NCBI GenBank assembly: GCA_951406725.2
Contig: OX597840.1
Span: forward strand, 2,790,001 to 2,854,000
Length of the DNA: 64,000 bases
DNA from: Octopus vulgaris
Taxonomy: Eukaryota
Direction: 5' to 3'
Within the stretch, counting starts at the first letter, position 1. Each line of letters starts with the position of its first letter. The notes beneath the pieces are model-generated. The model was not told the origin of the DNA. It saw only the letters and a list, made by a program, of their open reading frames with translations, and made no database searches. Both the position numbers and the translations under genes were made by a program. Of the stretch, positions 14,500 through 27,088 are shown one piece after another.

Positions 14500-14718
14500 A
14501 AGTTAATCCAACCATGAAAACACAAAGAGAAAACACAACAACGCGAGGACGTGGAACAAATATAGTATTATTGGACGCTCGGGAAAGAAGGAAAGAAGGA
14601 GGGTTTAACGTTTTGAGCGGAGCTCTTCGTCGGAAACATAGGAGAAGGAAAGATCCAGAGAAGGGAAGACAGAGGAAAAAAAAACCAAAACATCGCCAAC
14701 GGTACACAGGCAGTCACA
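14500..14718 (-). mobile_element. Penelope-like terminal repeat, family P2, with degenerate hammerhead
   Basis: Flanked by (TA)n. Shares ATCGCCAACGGTACAC with the inverted copy at 15375. Minus strand carries CCGACGA-AGAGC-TCC-GCTC-AAAACGTT. Confidence 0.6.
14603..14637 (-). ncRNA. Degenerate minimal type-I hammerhead ribozyme fold
   Basis: GTTT-CCGACGA-AGAGCTCCGCTC-AAAACGTT-AAAC. Stems I and II are intact, but the core has two substitutions (CCGA, AAAA). Confidence 0.4.
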
Positions 14719-14721
14719 TTT

Positions 14722-14791
<70 letters not shown>

Positions 14792-15371
14792 TGTGGTGAG
14801 TGTCTTTGCGTCGGTGTTTGTAACAACCGGTGTGGGTGTGTTTTCCTCACCGCAACTTAATAGATCGGGAAAAAGTACACACCTGTCCGAAGTGTCACGC
14901 AGTGGGACTGAACCCCGAACCACGTGGTTGGGAAGGAGGCTTCTTACCACACACCCACAGACGATTTTGTTAGAACGAATCAACCCAAGTACTTATAATT
15001 CTTAAGCCTGATACGTATTCTATCGGTCTCTTCTGCTGAGCCTTATAAAGACACCGGATTACTCGTTTCTTCCAGCCGCCGAGTATGCACGAAATGAAAG
15101 GTTTTGCTAAAGAACACGACATATCGGCTGCTCCGGGATCGAATATGAAATCTTAAAAGAGATCACGAGAGCTACACTCTTAAGAACTAAAACACTCCCC
15201 TCCAACTGTATATATTCGATAAACGAACGAAAGTGCTAATAAAGAATTAACTAAAATTCTGACTGCCTCTTTTTTCTCAGTATAAAATATCTGTACACCA
15301 CTTCAAACACTCTATAAATATTTGTATGTATGTGTCTGTGTGTCTTATATTATATGTACAGTATGTAACAA

Positions 15372-15565
15372 AACGTGTACCGTTGGCGATTTTTCTCTTT
15401 CTTTGGACTTTTCCCTTTCTCCTTACTGACGAAGAGCTAGGCTCGAAAAGTCAAACTCTCTCTTTTCTCTAAGTGTCAAGCTAAAGTATTAATTGTGCAT
15501 GTACTCACATTGGTTTTATCTAATTGAATTTTTACAACTTCGAATTCGTTTTTTATGTGAATTGA
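15372..15565 (+). mobile_element. Penelope-like terminal repeat, family P2, inverted relative to 14500
   Basis: GTGTACCGTTGGCGAT is the reverse complement of the 14500 copy end. Contains a hammerhead core and ends at (TA)n. Confidence 0.6.
15421..15457 (+). ncRNA. Minimal hammerhead ribozyme core (canonical CUGACGA/GAAA)
   Basis: CTGACGA-AGAGC-TAG-GCTC-GAAA-AGTC. Canonical core boxes with a 4-bp stem II; stems I and III are eroded. Confidence 0.55.
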
Positions 15566-15566
15566 G

Positions 15567-15599
<33 letters not shown>

Positions 15600-15600
<1 letters not shown>

Positions 15601-15818
15601 CTCTTTTACTCCTTTACTTGTTTCAGTCGTTTGACTGCGGCCATGCTGGAGCACCGCCTTTAGTCGAGCAACTCGACCCCGGGACTTATTCTTTTGTAAG
15701 CCCAGTACTTATTCTATCGGTCTCTTTTGCCGAACCGCTAAGTAACGGGGACATAAACACACCAGCATCGGTTGTCAAGCAATGCTAGGGGACAAACACA
15801 GACACACAAACAGACACA

Positions 15819-15853
<35 letters not shown>

Positions 15854-16001
15854 GACGGGCTTCTTTCAGTTTCCGTCTACCAAATCCACTCACAAGTAGT
15901 GCTATAGTAGAAGACACTTGGCCAAGGTGCCACGCAGTGGGACTGAACCCGGAACCATGTGGTTGGTAGACAAGCTACTTACCACACAGCCACTCCTGCG
16001 C

Positions 16002-16002
<1 letters not shown>
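15600..16002 (-). mobile_element. SINE family A, near full length
   Basis: Head GGCGCAGGAGTGGCTGTGTGG through to the GAGTAAAA tail on the minus strand, with a small internal deletion. Confidence 0.92.
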
Positions 16003-16034
<32 letters not shown>

Positions 16035-16038
<4 letters not shown>

Positions 16039-16212
16039 GAATTTACCAAAAAAAAAGACGAAACCGGGTGTATAAACAACAAACTAGATGTATTAGTTTC
16101 ACGCTCGGGAAGTGAGAAAGTCTTTTATGTTTCGAGCCTATGCTCTTCTACAGAAAGGGACGCAGAAATAAGCAGGAAGAGAAAATAGAAAAGATTTAGC
16201 GGCTAGCGATCT
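16035..16212 (-). mobile_element. Penelope-like terminal repeat, family P1, with hammerhead variant
   Basis: Inside (TA)n. Minus strand 16153-16122 reads CTGTAGA-AGAGCATAGGCTC-GAAACATA-AAAG. Homologous to the copies at 40395 and 62296. Confidence 0.65.
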
Positions 16213-16221
16213 ATCTATCAA

Positions 16222-16262
<41 letters not shown>

Positions 16263-17027
16263 ACATATACACATATAAATATTTATATGTATAATATATA
16301 TATATATATATGTTTGTATATATGTGTGTATATATGTATATATATATATATATATACATATATACACACATACATACAAACATATGTACATACATATATA
16401 TATATATACGTGTGTGTGTGTGTGTATACGTATATATATTCTTATATGAATGTATTGAAAAAATATCTACATGGCTTCACATCGAAGGCGTAGGTACGGT
16501 TGTTATATGAGGGTGATTAAGCTGCTATGTCTGGCAGATCTCGTGACTCTCCAAAGGCACGCGCATTGCATCGAGGTGTCCTCTGCAGACCATTTAATTA
16601 GTAACTTCATATACAGATGACGGCAAAGGTAACGTTGTCGCCCTCCGGAACCGATACCAGAAGAATACAACGTCCACCATGTGATAGACAATTTAGTCAA
16701 GGAAACCTATTTTATAGAGTGCGTACTTTTGTCCAACGTTTGGCAATCGCCGATTCCGTAATTGGTGTAGTTGAAATTGTGTATGTGCGTGCGGTAAGCG
16801 ATCGTGTGTGTATGTGGGAATATATGCATGAGAGCATTTTTATGTGTGCGTGTGCTTATATATTGGTGTGAAAATGTGTATATGTATAGGTGTGTATACA
16901 TATACATACATATATATATATATACACATACATATATATGTGTGTATATGAATATATATATACATATTTACAAATATACATTTATATATATATATATATA
17001 CACACATATATGCATAGGTATGTAATT

Positions 17028-17059
<32 letters not shown>

Positions 17060-17060
17060 G

Positions 17061-17110
<50 letters not shown>

Positions 17111-17452
17111 CTTATGTGTACATATACACTTGAATTTACATATATTCGTGTATAAATATCTGTGTATGCATATATAATCGTTTGTTTGAATGTGTGTGTT
17201 TGTATGTGTATGTATGTATACATGCCTATATACACGTATACAAAGATGTATACAGTCATACGCCACTATTTATCACACATTCAATATCCTGCAACAGTGG
17301 ACAACGAGTAGACGGTGTAGTGATGCTGCCGACAGCGTCGCTTGAAAATGGCCAATTATCACCCGGCTTATATATATACACACATACAAACATACATACA
17401 TGCACATGTATACATATATTTGTGTGTATGCGTGTGTCTTTGTGTATCTGTG

Positions 17453-17493
<41 letters not shown>

Positions 17494-17504
17494 CCATACA
17501 GATG

Positions 17505-17612
<108 letters not shown>

Positions 17613-18029
17613 AAGAAATATAGATAGATACGTATATGCATACATACTTATATGAACAGTAATGTGTTGTAGCGGTTGAAGTAAACCATCTGTGAAAGGT
17701 AGTTGATTGCTTAAGACTGAATGTCTGAAATGTTGATGTGTTCTGGGAGTTGGTGTACTGGGTTGGTATAGAAGCATGTCCGCCAGTATTTGGCAGAGCG
17801 GGGGTGAAGATATAGCATCATTTCTGAAACCACTGTCGCCATTTTCTTTGCAGGAACGTATATGTAAAGGGCGTCGACAATGGCGACCTATAATGGTATC
17901 ACCTCGTTACCTGACTGACCATACTACTCCAAACGCCATTGTTGTTGGTGGTAGTGTCGAGGTGGTGGTGGTGGTGGTGATCATGTTGGTGGTCATTATT
18001 ATAGAAGCCATCGCCCTTGTTTATTCTGA

Positions 18030-18181
18030 CGTATCACCATCAACATCATCACCATCATCATCATCATCACACATCATCATCATCTTCATCATCACCATCA
18101 TCATCATCATCATCATCATCATTATCATCATCTTCATCGTCATCATCAACGTCATCTTCATCGCCGTCATCATCTTCATCG

Positions 18182-18216
<35 letters not shown>

Positions 18217-18777
18217 TTCATCGTCATCATCATCGTCATCTTCATCGCTGTCATCATCATCTTCATCATCAACATCATCATCATCATCATCATCGTCATC
18301 ATCATTATCATCATCTTCATCGCCGTCATCATCATCTTCATCGTCATCATCATCTTCATCGTCATCATCATCATCATCGTCATCAACAGCATCACACTCT
18401 TCATCATCATTTCTACAGGTGACACTCCGCCATCATCCTCATCACTGTCATAACCAGTAACACCAACAACCGACATCATTATAATCATCATCATCATCAT
18501 CGTCTTCATCATCAACATCATCATCGTCATCATCATCATAATCACTATAATCACCATCGTCGCCGTGATCACCATCTTTGTCTTTGCCATCATCTCCATC
18601 ACCATCAGCATCAACATCGTCACATCGTGTTCATCATGAACGTTATCTTCGTCTTCCACCCGTTCCGCATCACCATCATCATCATCATCATGATCCTTTT
18701 CATCGTCATCGTTATCCTCTTCTTCGCCGCTGCCTTCTTCATCATCATCATCATCAGCAGCAGCAGCAGCAGCCACC

Positions 18778-18826
<49 letters not shown>

Positions 18827-19045
18827 CCATCGTCATCATCATCATCATCACCACCATCGCCCTCGTTGCTATTACAGCCTCCATCATCCCCACCATCATT
18901 CTCACCGTGATCGCTATCACGTCGATCACTACAATACATACCTCCACACTCACTACAACCACTACCACTACCACTACCACCACCACCACCACCACCACCA
19001 CCACCACCGCTGCTGCAGCCTCCACAACCACCAACATCATCTTCA
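18030..19045. repeat. Compound (CAT)n/(CAC)n/(CAG)n trinucleotide repeat
   Basis: Seen directly. It generates the spurious poly-H/S/I/M/D ORFs. Confidence 0.95.
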
Positions 19046-19367
19046 GAATCATTACACTCAACGTCTTCATTTAGCTCATTATGTTCTCTCATTAACTAAA
19101 CACTCATGAAAACCTAATTACATTAATATGGATAACTCTTCTAATAATAATAATAACAACAACAACAATAACTGTAATGATGACGATGATGATGATGATG
19201 ATGATTTCATTTGCCATGCTTGTGAAGGATGAGGGCGACAGTACAATCAGGTATAAAATGGGGGGGGATACATATAATGAAATGATAAAAAAAGGGGAAA
19301 GAATAAAGGAAGTATGCACGGTATACCCTAAAGAGAAGGACATATGTATAGCAGACAAAGGTTTAAC

Positions 19368-19423
<56 letters not shown>

Positions 19424-19428
<5 letters not shown>

Positions 19429-21053
19429 TGACAAACAGCTGGAAACACTATTAAAGACAGTTCATGGATTTACCAAAGAAATAGATATGAAATTTGGATT
19501 AGAAAAATGCGCCAAAGTAACCATGAAAAGAGGAAAACTAGTTAAAAGTAACAACATCACACTAGATAAAACCAATGAAATAAAAGAATTAGACCAAAGC
19601 CAAACTTACAAATACTTAGGAATCCATGAACTAGATAAGACACAACACACACAAATGAAAGAGAAAATAAAAAAAGAATATTATAGACGAGTTAGATCAA
19701 TACTAAAAACAGAGCTCAATGCTAAAAACAAGATAATAGGTATCAACACTTTAGCTGTCCCAGTTATAAGTTACAGCTACAATATCCTTAACTGGACACG
19801 AAATGAAATGTCCAAAATAGATAGGAAAACAAGAAAAATACTGACAGGATCTAGGATGCATCACCCAAAATCTGACATAGAAAGACTATATATACAACGT
19901 ATAGAAGGTGGTAGAGGCCTTATACAGCTGGAAAACTACTATAAAATAACCACCATAGGACTGCAAAAATACCTACTTCAGAAGGAAGGAAAACTGATCC
20001 AGATAGCAGCAAAACACGAGCAAAACAGAAAACTGTTCTCAGTATTTAAGGAAGCTGACAAATACAAACAAGAAATCATACCACCTAATAAACACGAAGA
20101 AGAAGAAGAAGATGATGAAGAAACAACAAAAGCTATAAAACAAATGAAATCCAAACTAAAAATAGAACAGCAACGAACCATGATAAAACGATGGCAAGAA
20201 AAGCCCCTTCATGGTAAATACTGCACTAAACTAAACGCAAAAGAAATAGACAAAGAAAGATCCCAGCAATGGTTGAGAAGCTCAGGACTCAAAGCAGAAA
20301 CAGAGGGATTTTTAATTGCAGCACAAGACCAAAGCCTCCCCACCAGAAATTACCAAAAACATGTAATGAAAAGAAATATTACAAGTAACTGCAGAATATG
20401 TGGAGATGGACAAGAAACAATAAATCATATTATCTCTAGCTGCCCTGTCCTGGCTAAGAAGGAATATATTCACAGACATGACAGAGTTGGAACATACATA
20501 CACTGGAAGCTATGCCAACATTATGGAATAACAACAGAAAAAAGATGGTATAGGCACACACCAGAAAAGGTTACAGAAAACGAGAAAGCAACCATACTCT
20601 GGGATATGCCGATACACAGATAGAGAAATTAAGGCCAACAGACCAGATATAGTTGTCAGAGATCATGAAGAAAAAAATGCTTTCTAATTGATGTATCAAT
20701 ACCGGCAGATGACAACGTGTCTCTAAAAGAAATGGAGAAACTCTCAAAATACAAAGACCTGGAAATAGAGTTAACTAGAATGTGGAATCTGAAAACAGAA
20801 ACAATTCCTATCATAGTAGGTGCATTAGGCATGATAAAAAAATATTCAGACAAATACATAACAAAAACATCAGGACTTACAAACACATATATCATACAGA
20901 AAATTGCACTACTAGGCACTGCACACATCCTACGCAGAGCACTTTCCATACAATAACCATCAGAGCATCACAACAAATCACAGCACATACCCAAGGCACA
21001 CAGAGCTGCGCTCGGTAGTGAAGTGAAAGCACGCTGTAAAAATAAAACTACTG
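19424..21053 (+). mobile_element. 5'-truncated R4/Dong-clade non-LTR retrotransposon (RT C-terminus, CCHC knuckle, RLE endonuclease, 3' UTR)
   Basis: ORF 19487-20623 contains MKFGLEKC, YKYLGI, ERLYIQRIEGGRGL, LIAAQDQSLPTRNY, CRICGDGQETINHIISSC and HRHDRV. After two frameshifts come RPDIV...LIDVSI...EKLSKYKDL...PIIVGALG (PD-(D/E)xK). Flanked on both sides by (TAA)n, the known Dong target. Confidence 0.92.
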
Positions 21054-21054
21054 A

Positions 21055-21060
21055 ATAATG

Positions 21061-21101
<41 letters not shown>

Positions 21102-21219
21102 TATAATGATGATGATGATAATAATAATGATAATAATAATAATAATAATAATAATGATGATGATGATAATAATAGTAATAATAATAATAATAGTAATAAT
21201 AATAATAATAATAATAGTC

Positions 21220-21258
<39 letters not shown>

Positions 21259-21422
21259 GTAATAATAATAATAATAATAATAATAGTAGTAGTAATAATA
21301 ATAATAATAATAGTAATAATAATATTAATAATAATATAATAATAATATTAATAATAATAATAATAATAGTAATAGTAATAGTAATAATAATAATAATAAT
21401 AATAGTAGTAGTAATAATAATG

Positions 21423-21453
<31 letters not shown>

Positions 21454-21517
21454 TAATAATAATAATGATAATAATAATAATGATAATAATAATAACAACA
21501 ACAACAACAACAACAAC

Positions 21518-21585
<68 letters not shown>

Positions 21586-21597
21586 TGATGATAATAA
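21055..21597. repeat. (TAA)n/(TGA)n/(CAA)n microsatellite
   Basis: Seen directly. Confidence 0.97.
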
Positions 21598-21669
21598 ATA
21601 GAATGTCCTGGTGTAGTGCCAGGCAGTGGCTCTCATGGCTTCTGATCTTAACTGATTGGAAGTGTTATA

Positions 21670-23710
21670 ACTTCTTCGTTTCTTGGCTGGATATCCATTT
21701 ACGTTTTTTGTAGTTTCTTCACGAAATTCTTTAGCAAAATTCCTTTGACATTGTCCTTTTACCACACAAACAGATCCAGGATTATGTGTTCCACAAGATC
21801 CGTCAATCATCAGAGATGTGACTTATTCACAAAGAAGATGTTCATTTTTGTCGGGGATTTCAGCTGTTAGAAGACAATCAATTTGTTCCCGTGTCCTTGG
21901 TTTATCTTGTTCACGTAACATAATTCGCATGTGACCAATGTGGCAAACCTCGATTCTGGAATTCAATAAAAAGAATGTGATGTCTGTCTTTAATCTATCT
22001 ATCTATCCGCTCAGTCGAAGTCGACTCTCGGTTACTCGTTGGATCAGTGTCCTCCAGTCAGTTCTATCCTGGGCCGCTTCTTTCAGATTGGCTATGTCCA
22101 TTCCGGTATCACTCTTGATGGTGTCAAGGCAGCGGGTTCTTGGTCAGCCTCTTCCTCTCTTGCCACTGACCATTCCGAGCATGATGTCCTTTTCCAGGGA
22201 TTTTCTCCGCATAATATGACCGAAATATGCCAATCTATGATCAGCATGAGCAGGGTCTGGAAGAGTAGAGACACCAGACTCGCTACCAAATGCAGATTGC
22301 TGAATGCAATTGTCTTCCCAATAGCAACATATGGATGCGAGACCTGGACACTAAAGAAAGCTGACCAGAAGAGAATTAATGCATTCGAGCTTTGGTATTG
22401 GAGAAGAATTTTACGGATTCCATGGACAGCAAGGCTCACCAATGGAGAAGTTCTTAAGCAGATCAGGCCGAAAATGTCACTAGAAGCTAGGATCACCAAA
22501 CATAGATTGGCATATTTCGGTCATATATCAGTCATTAATTAATTAAGATGGGCTTTATATACACGTGACACTATGTCAGGCCTATTTAGAGCTATTTCTT
22601 TGGGTGCCAAGTTGTTTGTAAAATCAGAGCCTCTTGAGTTGCGAGTATAAATTTTTAAAAAATCAGGTTTCCCTTATTTACAAACAATGGTCATGGCATC
22701 CTGATAAGACTGTTGCATATTTCTTGGACTGCCTGTTAATGAAGAGGGAAGAATAACAGGGACACCAGAATCTCTTCCATAATCATTTCTTGCCAAGTGA
22801 GCCATGAGCCCTGAATATATAGCAACTCTTAATTCATTTTGATGCTCTCTGATATAATAGAGACAACCTTCTACTTTAATATAAGCATCAACAAATTCCT
22901 GCTTAAGTAGCTTGCTCGATTTGTGAATGGGGCTAAATTCATCCATTGTTGCTAAACGATAGCAATAGAATTGTTGCATTGTGACTTTATTGCAAACTCT
23001 TGTTTGTCTCTGTTGCTCATGTTCCATACTTATTTGCCAACCACGTTCTCTATTAGGAAATAGTATTGGATAAATCATAAGATCTAAATGCTGCGAGAGA
23101 TACGATATCTGTTGTCCTTGTTCACCTCGTAGATATATAATTATATCACGATGAAATGGAGGTGCACCATCTTCATCTACAACTAAAGCTTCAATTTCAT
23201 TATTAACAGGGTTATTGTATCTTCTGTCATCTGGGCCTGATATGAAATGCATAGTTATTTTCCTCCGATTAACATCTTCTCCGGCTGCTCTTTTTCCCTT
23301 CTTTTTGTTCAACAGTGCGCATATTTAAATATGCTGCAGTACATGGATTATTCAGCATGACTGAAGAATTCTTTTCCATTACTGACTGCAAGAAATTAAT
23401 ATTTCCAGGCACTTCAGCTCTTGTTTGTAAGGCTTCTTTAGAATCACCAATATAGAGTTGAGCATATCTTCTAGGTTCATTGTTTTCAGTATGTAAGTTG
23501 GTTACATGATGATAGATTTGTCTTTGCAAGCGGAAACAGTATGGGCCAAGATCAGGGTGTGATGTAACATTGGCTCCAAATGAGGCAAATGAACACATTG
23601 AATTATAGTTTCTGATGTTCTTAATAAAGTTCATTCCTTCAATGACGGTATTCTCCAAAAGTTGTTTTAATGGGCAGGATATTCTTGTAGATTCAATGCT
23701 TCAACTGAAA
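21670..23710 (-). pseudogene. Degenerate autonomous Helitron RepHel (Helitron-like N region and HUH Rep domain), interrupted by an RTE insertion
   Basis: Minus-strand peptides in order: NIRNYNSMCSFASFG, GPYCFRLQRQIYH, YAQLYI, RRYNNP, YPILFP, VTMQQFYCYRL, FVDAYIKVE, VILPSSLTGSPRNMQQSYQDAM, RPDIVSRV, IEFQNRGLPHxH, AEIPD, MIDGSCG. Several stops and frameshifts; the PIF1 helicase part is absent. Confidence 0.92.
21993..22526 (-). mobile_element. RTE (BovB-like) LINE 3' fragment with 5' inversion
   Basis: Minus 22239-21993 encodes HRLAYFGHIMRRKSLEKDIMLGMVSGKRGRG*PRTRCLD...AQDRTDWR...SRLRLSG* followed by a (GATA)n tail. Plus 22237-22526 encodes the upstream part VWKSRDTRLATKCRLLNAIVFPIATYGCETWTL...AFELWYWRRILRIPWT...YFGH. 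Confidence 0.9.
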
Positions 23711-24139
23711 AACATATACGAATGTATTAGACAGGTTTTGTTTAGGATACGGTCCCCAATATTTGCTGTGATTGAAAATACAAAACAAACGTCACATTCT
23801 TTTGAGTCACCACTCAATCATCTCTCTTTTTCTCTCCCTCTCTTTCTGTCCCCCTCTCTCTCACTCCCTCTCTTTCCCTCCTATATCAGCACTTAATGAT
23901 TAAAAAAATAAAGCACGTCGTTTTACATATGTACTTGTACATAATCAGGAGTACAAATGTACAAATTGAAATGCAAAAGAACGAAATAATAAAAGGATTT
24001 ATGAATGAAAGTTTGCTAATTGCGTTTATTTTCACCACACGGTACTTATTGTAAACGTGTTTTAACTAACCTAAACAATACACACACAAGTACATTTATA
24101 TCTATCTATCTCTCTATATATATATGACTCGATTTGTAG

Positions 24140-24250
24140 CTGTAATTGAAAAGGGCCTTGTCATATTATGTATGAGCTTGGATCTCCCTGAGAACTACGT
24201 TAACGTTATGCATGTCTGTGGAGTACTCACCCACTTGTGAGTTAATTTTA
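24140..24250 (+). mobile_element. SINE family B 3' tail fragment
   Basis: CTCCCTGAGAACTACGTTAA...GTCTGTGGAGTACTCA.CCACTTG matches 9625-9690. Confidence 0.65.
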
Positions 24251-25137
24251 TCCTCGTCTGGTAATGAAAAGTGAAATTGACATCCAATATTTGCTGTATG
24301 TATGTATCTATGTATGAACTTTTCTTTGGATTTATGTATCTACTGTCTCTCTCAATTTCTCTCTTTCTTTTTCACTTCCTTTGTGACCCTCTTCTCTCCC
24401 GCTTTTGATTTAACAGTTTTGTACATGTATCTATGTATCTAATTATCTTGCGATGTGATAAACATTTAAAAACACAAAATGCACTCTGTCACCACCCACT
24501 GTCTCTTTCACTCTCTCTCTCTCTCTTTCTGTCTCACTCTGTCTTTCTCCTTCACTCTCTCGTTCTCTCTTCTCCTCTCTCTCCCTCTTCTCCTCTCTCT
24601 CTCTCTCTCTCTCTCTCGCTTTTCCACTTCTTTGAATTAAGTGTGACACACACATCAGGCACGTACAAATACAAAAAAATCATCGATGACGGCGCACAGT
24701 GCCGAACAGGTACTCGTGTTATCATCCACAAAAGGCTGAAAGATAGAGTTGAGCTTAGCACGGAAAACGCTGGAAGGGCTAGAACTGTGAATTTTGAAGA
24801 AAGTAATAGTAGCGAAGTTCGTCCCGTCAGCCTTGGGCAATAGCTCTTCTAAAGAAACTTCATCACACGTTCAGGAGCGGAGTTATGTTAAAGAGTAAAC
24901 ACTGTAAATACGCAGCCAAACGAATAACAAAACTAAACAAGGGCGATGGACAGATAACCATGAATGCATTGAAGTGATTTACGCACCCTACAATTCATAA
25001 TTCCTCCAAAACCATACAGGGATAAATTCATACAATTAATGCCAAATAAAATGGATTCCGCATAACCACGACCGCATGCCTGAAGCGAGTAAAAGAGTAA
25101 AAGAGTAAACCCCATGACATATGCTATAGAAGCCTGA

Positions 25138-25557
25138 TACCTATTTCTTTATTACCCACAAGGGGCTAAACACAGAGGGGACAAACAAGGACAGACATAG
25201 GTATTAAGTCGATTACATCGACCCCAGTGCGTAACTGGTACTTAATTTATCGACCCCGAAAGGATGAAAGGCAAAGTCGACCTCGGCGGAATTTGAACTC
25301 AGAACATAACGGCAGACGAAATACCTATTTCTTTACTACCCACAAGGGGCAAAACATAGAGGGGACAAACAAGGACAGACATAGGTGTTAAGTCGATTAC
25401 ATCGACCCCAGTGAGTAACTGGTACTTAATTTATCGACCCCGAAAGAATGAAAGGCAAAGTCGACCTCGGCGGAATTTGAACTCAGAACGTAGCGGCAGA
25501 CGAAAGACGGTTACGTATTTCGCCCGGCGTGCTAACGTTTCTGCCAGCTCGCCGCCT
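25138..25557 (-). mobile_element. SINE family C (head plus two tandem bodies)
   Basis: Minus strand GGCGGCGAGCTGGCAGAAACGTTAGCACGCCGGGCG...GAGTTCAAATT...GCCTTTCAT(C/T)CTTTCGGGGTCGATAAATTAAGTACCAG, with the body present twice. Flanked by the GCCTGATACC direct repeat. Confidence 0.9.
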
Positions 25558-25809
25558 GATACCCAACAGAAGAACACAACTTGCATTGCACAAGCAACAC
25601 ACAATACAAACCCTAATACAGCAGAAGACTGAAGCCAAACCGCCATAACAAAGCATATTGATGCAATATGATATTTCCGCAAACGGGGAAAAAATTAAGT
25701 AAAGCAAAAAGATAATAATAAAATAAAATGCAGCGTAAACTTCACCAGCACAAAAGTGCAGCAAGGGATTCAATTGAAAGTTAATTGAAACTACAAGTTG
25801 TCGAATAAT

Positions 25810-25981
25810 AGGCGCAGGAGTGGCTGTGTGGTAAGTAGCTTGTTTACCAACCACATAGTTCCGGGTTCAGTCCCACTGCGTGGCACCTTGGGCAAGTGTC
25901 TTCTACTATAGACTCGGAACGACCAAAGCCTTGTGAGTGGATGTGGTAGACGGAAACTGAAAGAAGCCCGTCGTATATATG

Positions 25982-26058
<77 letters not shown>

Positions 26059-26266
26059 GTGTTTGTGTGTCTGTGTTTGTCCCACTAGCATTGCTTGACA
26101 ACCGATGCTGGTGTGTTTATGTCCCCGTTCGGCAAAAGAGACCGATAGAATAAGTACTGGGCTTACAAAGAATAAGTCCCGGGGTTGAGTTGCTCGACTA
26201 AAGGCGGTGCTCCAGTATGGCCGCAGTCAAATGACTGAAACAAGTAAAAAAGAAAAGAGTAAAGAG
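25810..26266 (+). mobile_element. SINE family A, full length
   Basis: Head AGGCGCAGGAGTGGCTGTGTGG, internal (TA)(TG)n, GAGTAAAGAG tail. Confidence 0.93.
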
Positions 26267-26512
26267 ATATGCCATAGAAGCCTGATACCCAACAGAAGAA
26301 CACACAATACAAACCTTAATACAGCCGAAGACTGAAACCAAACCGCCATAACAAAGCATATTGATGCAATATGATATTCCGCAAAAGGGGAAAAAAATAA
26401 AATAAAACAAAAAGTAATATTAAAATAAAATGCAGCGCACACTTCACCAGCACAAAAGTGCAGCAAGGGATTCAATTGAAAGTTAATTGAAACTACAAGA
26501 TGTTGAATAATA
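26267..26512 (+). repeat. Direct duplicate of 25119-25810 (minus the SINE C insert)
   Basis: ATATGC(C/T)ATAGAAGCCTGATACCCAACAGAAGAACAC...GGGATTCAATTGAAAGTTAATTGAAACTACAAG..GAATAATA occurs on both sides of SINE A. Confidence 0.9.
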
Positions 26513-27088
26513 ATAGTAGTGATGACGATGGTGACGGACATTACATTACCACAGTTCATGAGACAAAAGTCTGCCTAGAAATTCTAGTAGTAACAGCGAA
26601 AATGAAGCTGGACCTTTAAGGGAAGCCTCTCGGTCGGCAGCGGCTCAGAAAAGATGCAGATTTGCCACAGTTGTTAAAATATATTGATAACTGCTATGCA
26701 ATACCCTTGAATTACTTCCGATGTTTCTGTGTAATTTAATCACTAAAGGAATTCTGTCATAAATTTTACTTTGACCGCTATTATTAGGCGTGAAAATTTG
26801 TCATCCTTACTTAATTTCTGTAGTGTCATTTGTGATTAGCTTCAAACGGGAGTTACTATAACTGCGTTTAATGTAATGTCTCACAAAATCACTTGCATGT
26901 TTCCTATAATCCCCTTTGCCAGTACAATTCCATTTTATTCTGAAGAACTGCGACTTTGGATTTGTCATATTCGTATAGTGTGAATGATTGGAGCAATGGC
27001 GAACGCAATACAGGATGACGTTGGTTTGCAAAATAAATGTCATTTTGCGGCGTCTTCTGAAATCTCACCTTCTGCGTTTTATATTAGA

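Noticed and set aside
17852-17892. NVYVKGVDNGDL resembling a cadherin repeat motif (protocadherin exon)
   Set aside because: It is followed immediately by a stop, and no other cadherin motifs (DRE, DxNDN) are nearby.
18021-19109. 349-aa Met/Asp-rich and poly-His ORFs resembling biomineral or His-rich beak proteins
   Set aside because: Pure (CAT)n/(CAC)n repeat, open in several frames on both strands, with no signal peptide or unique flanking coding sequence.
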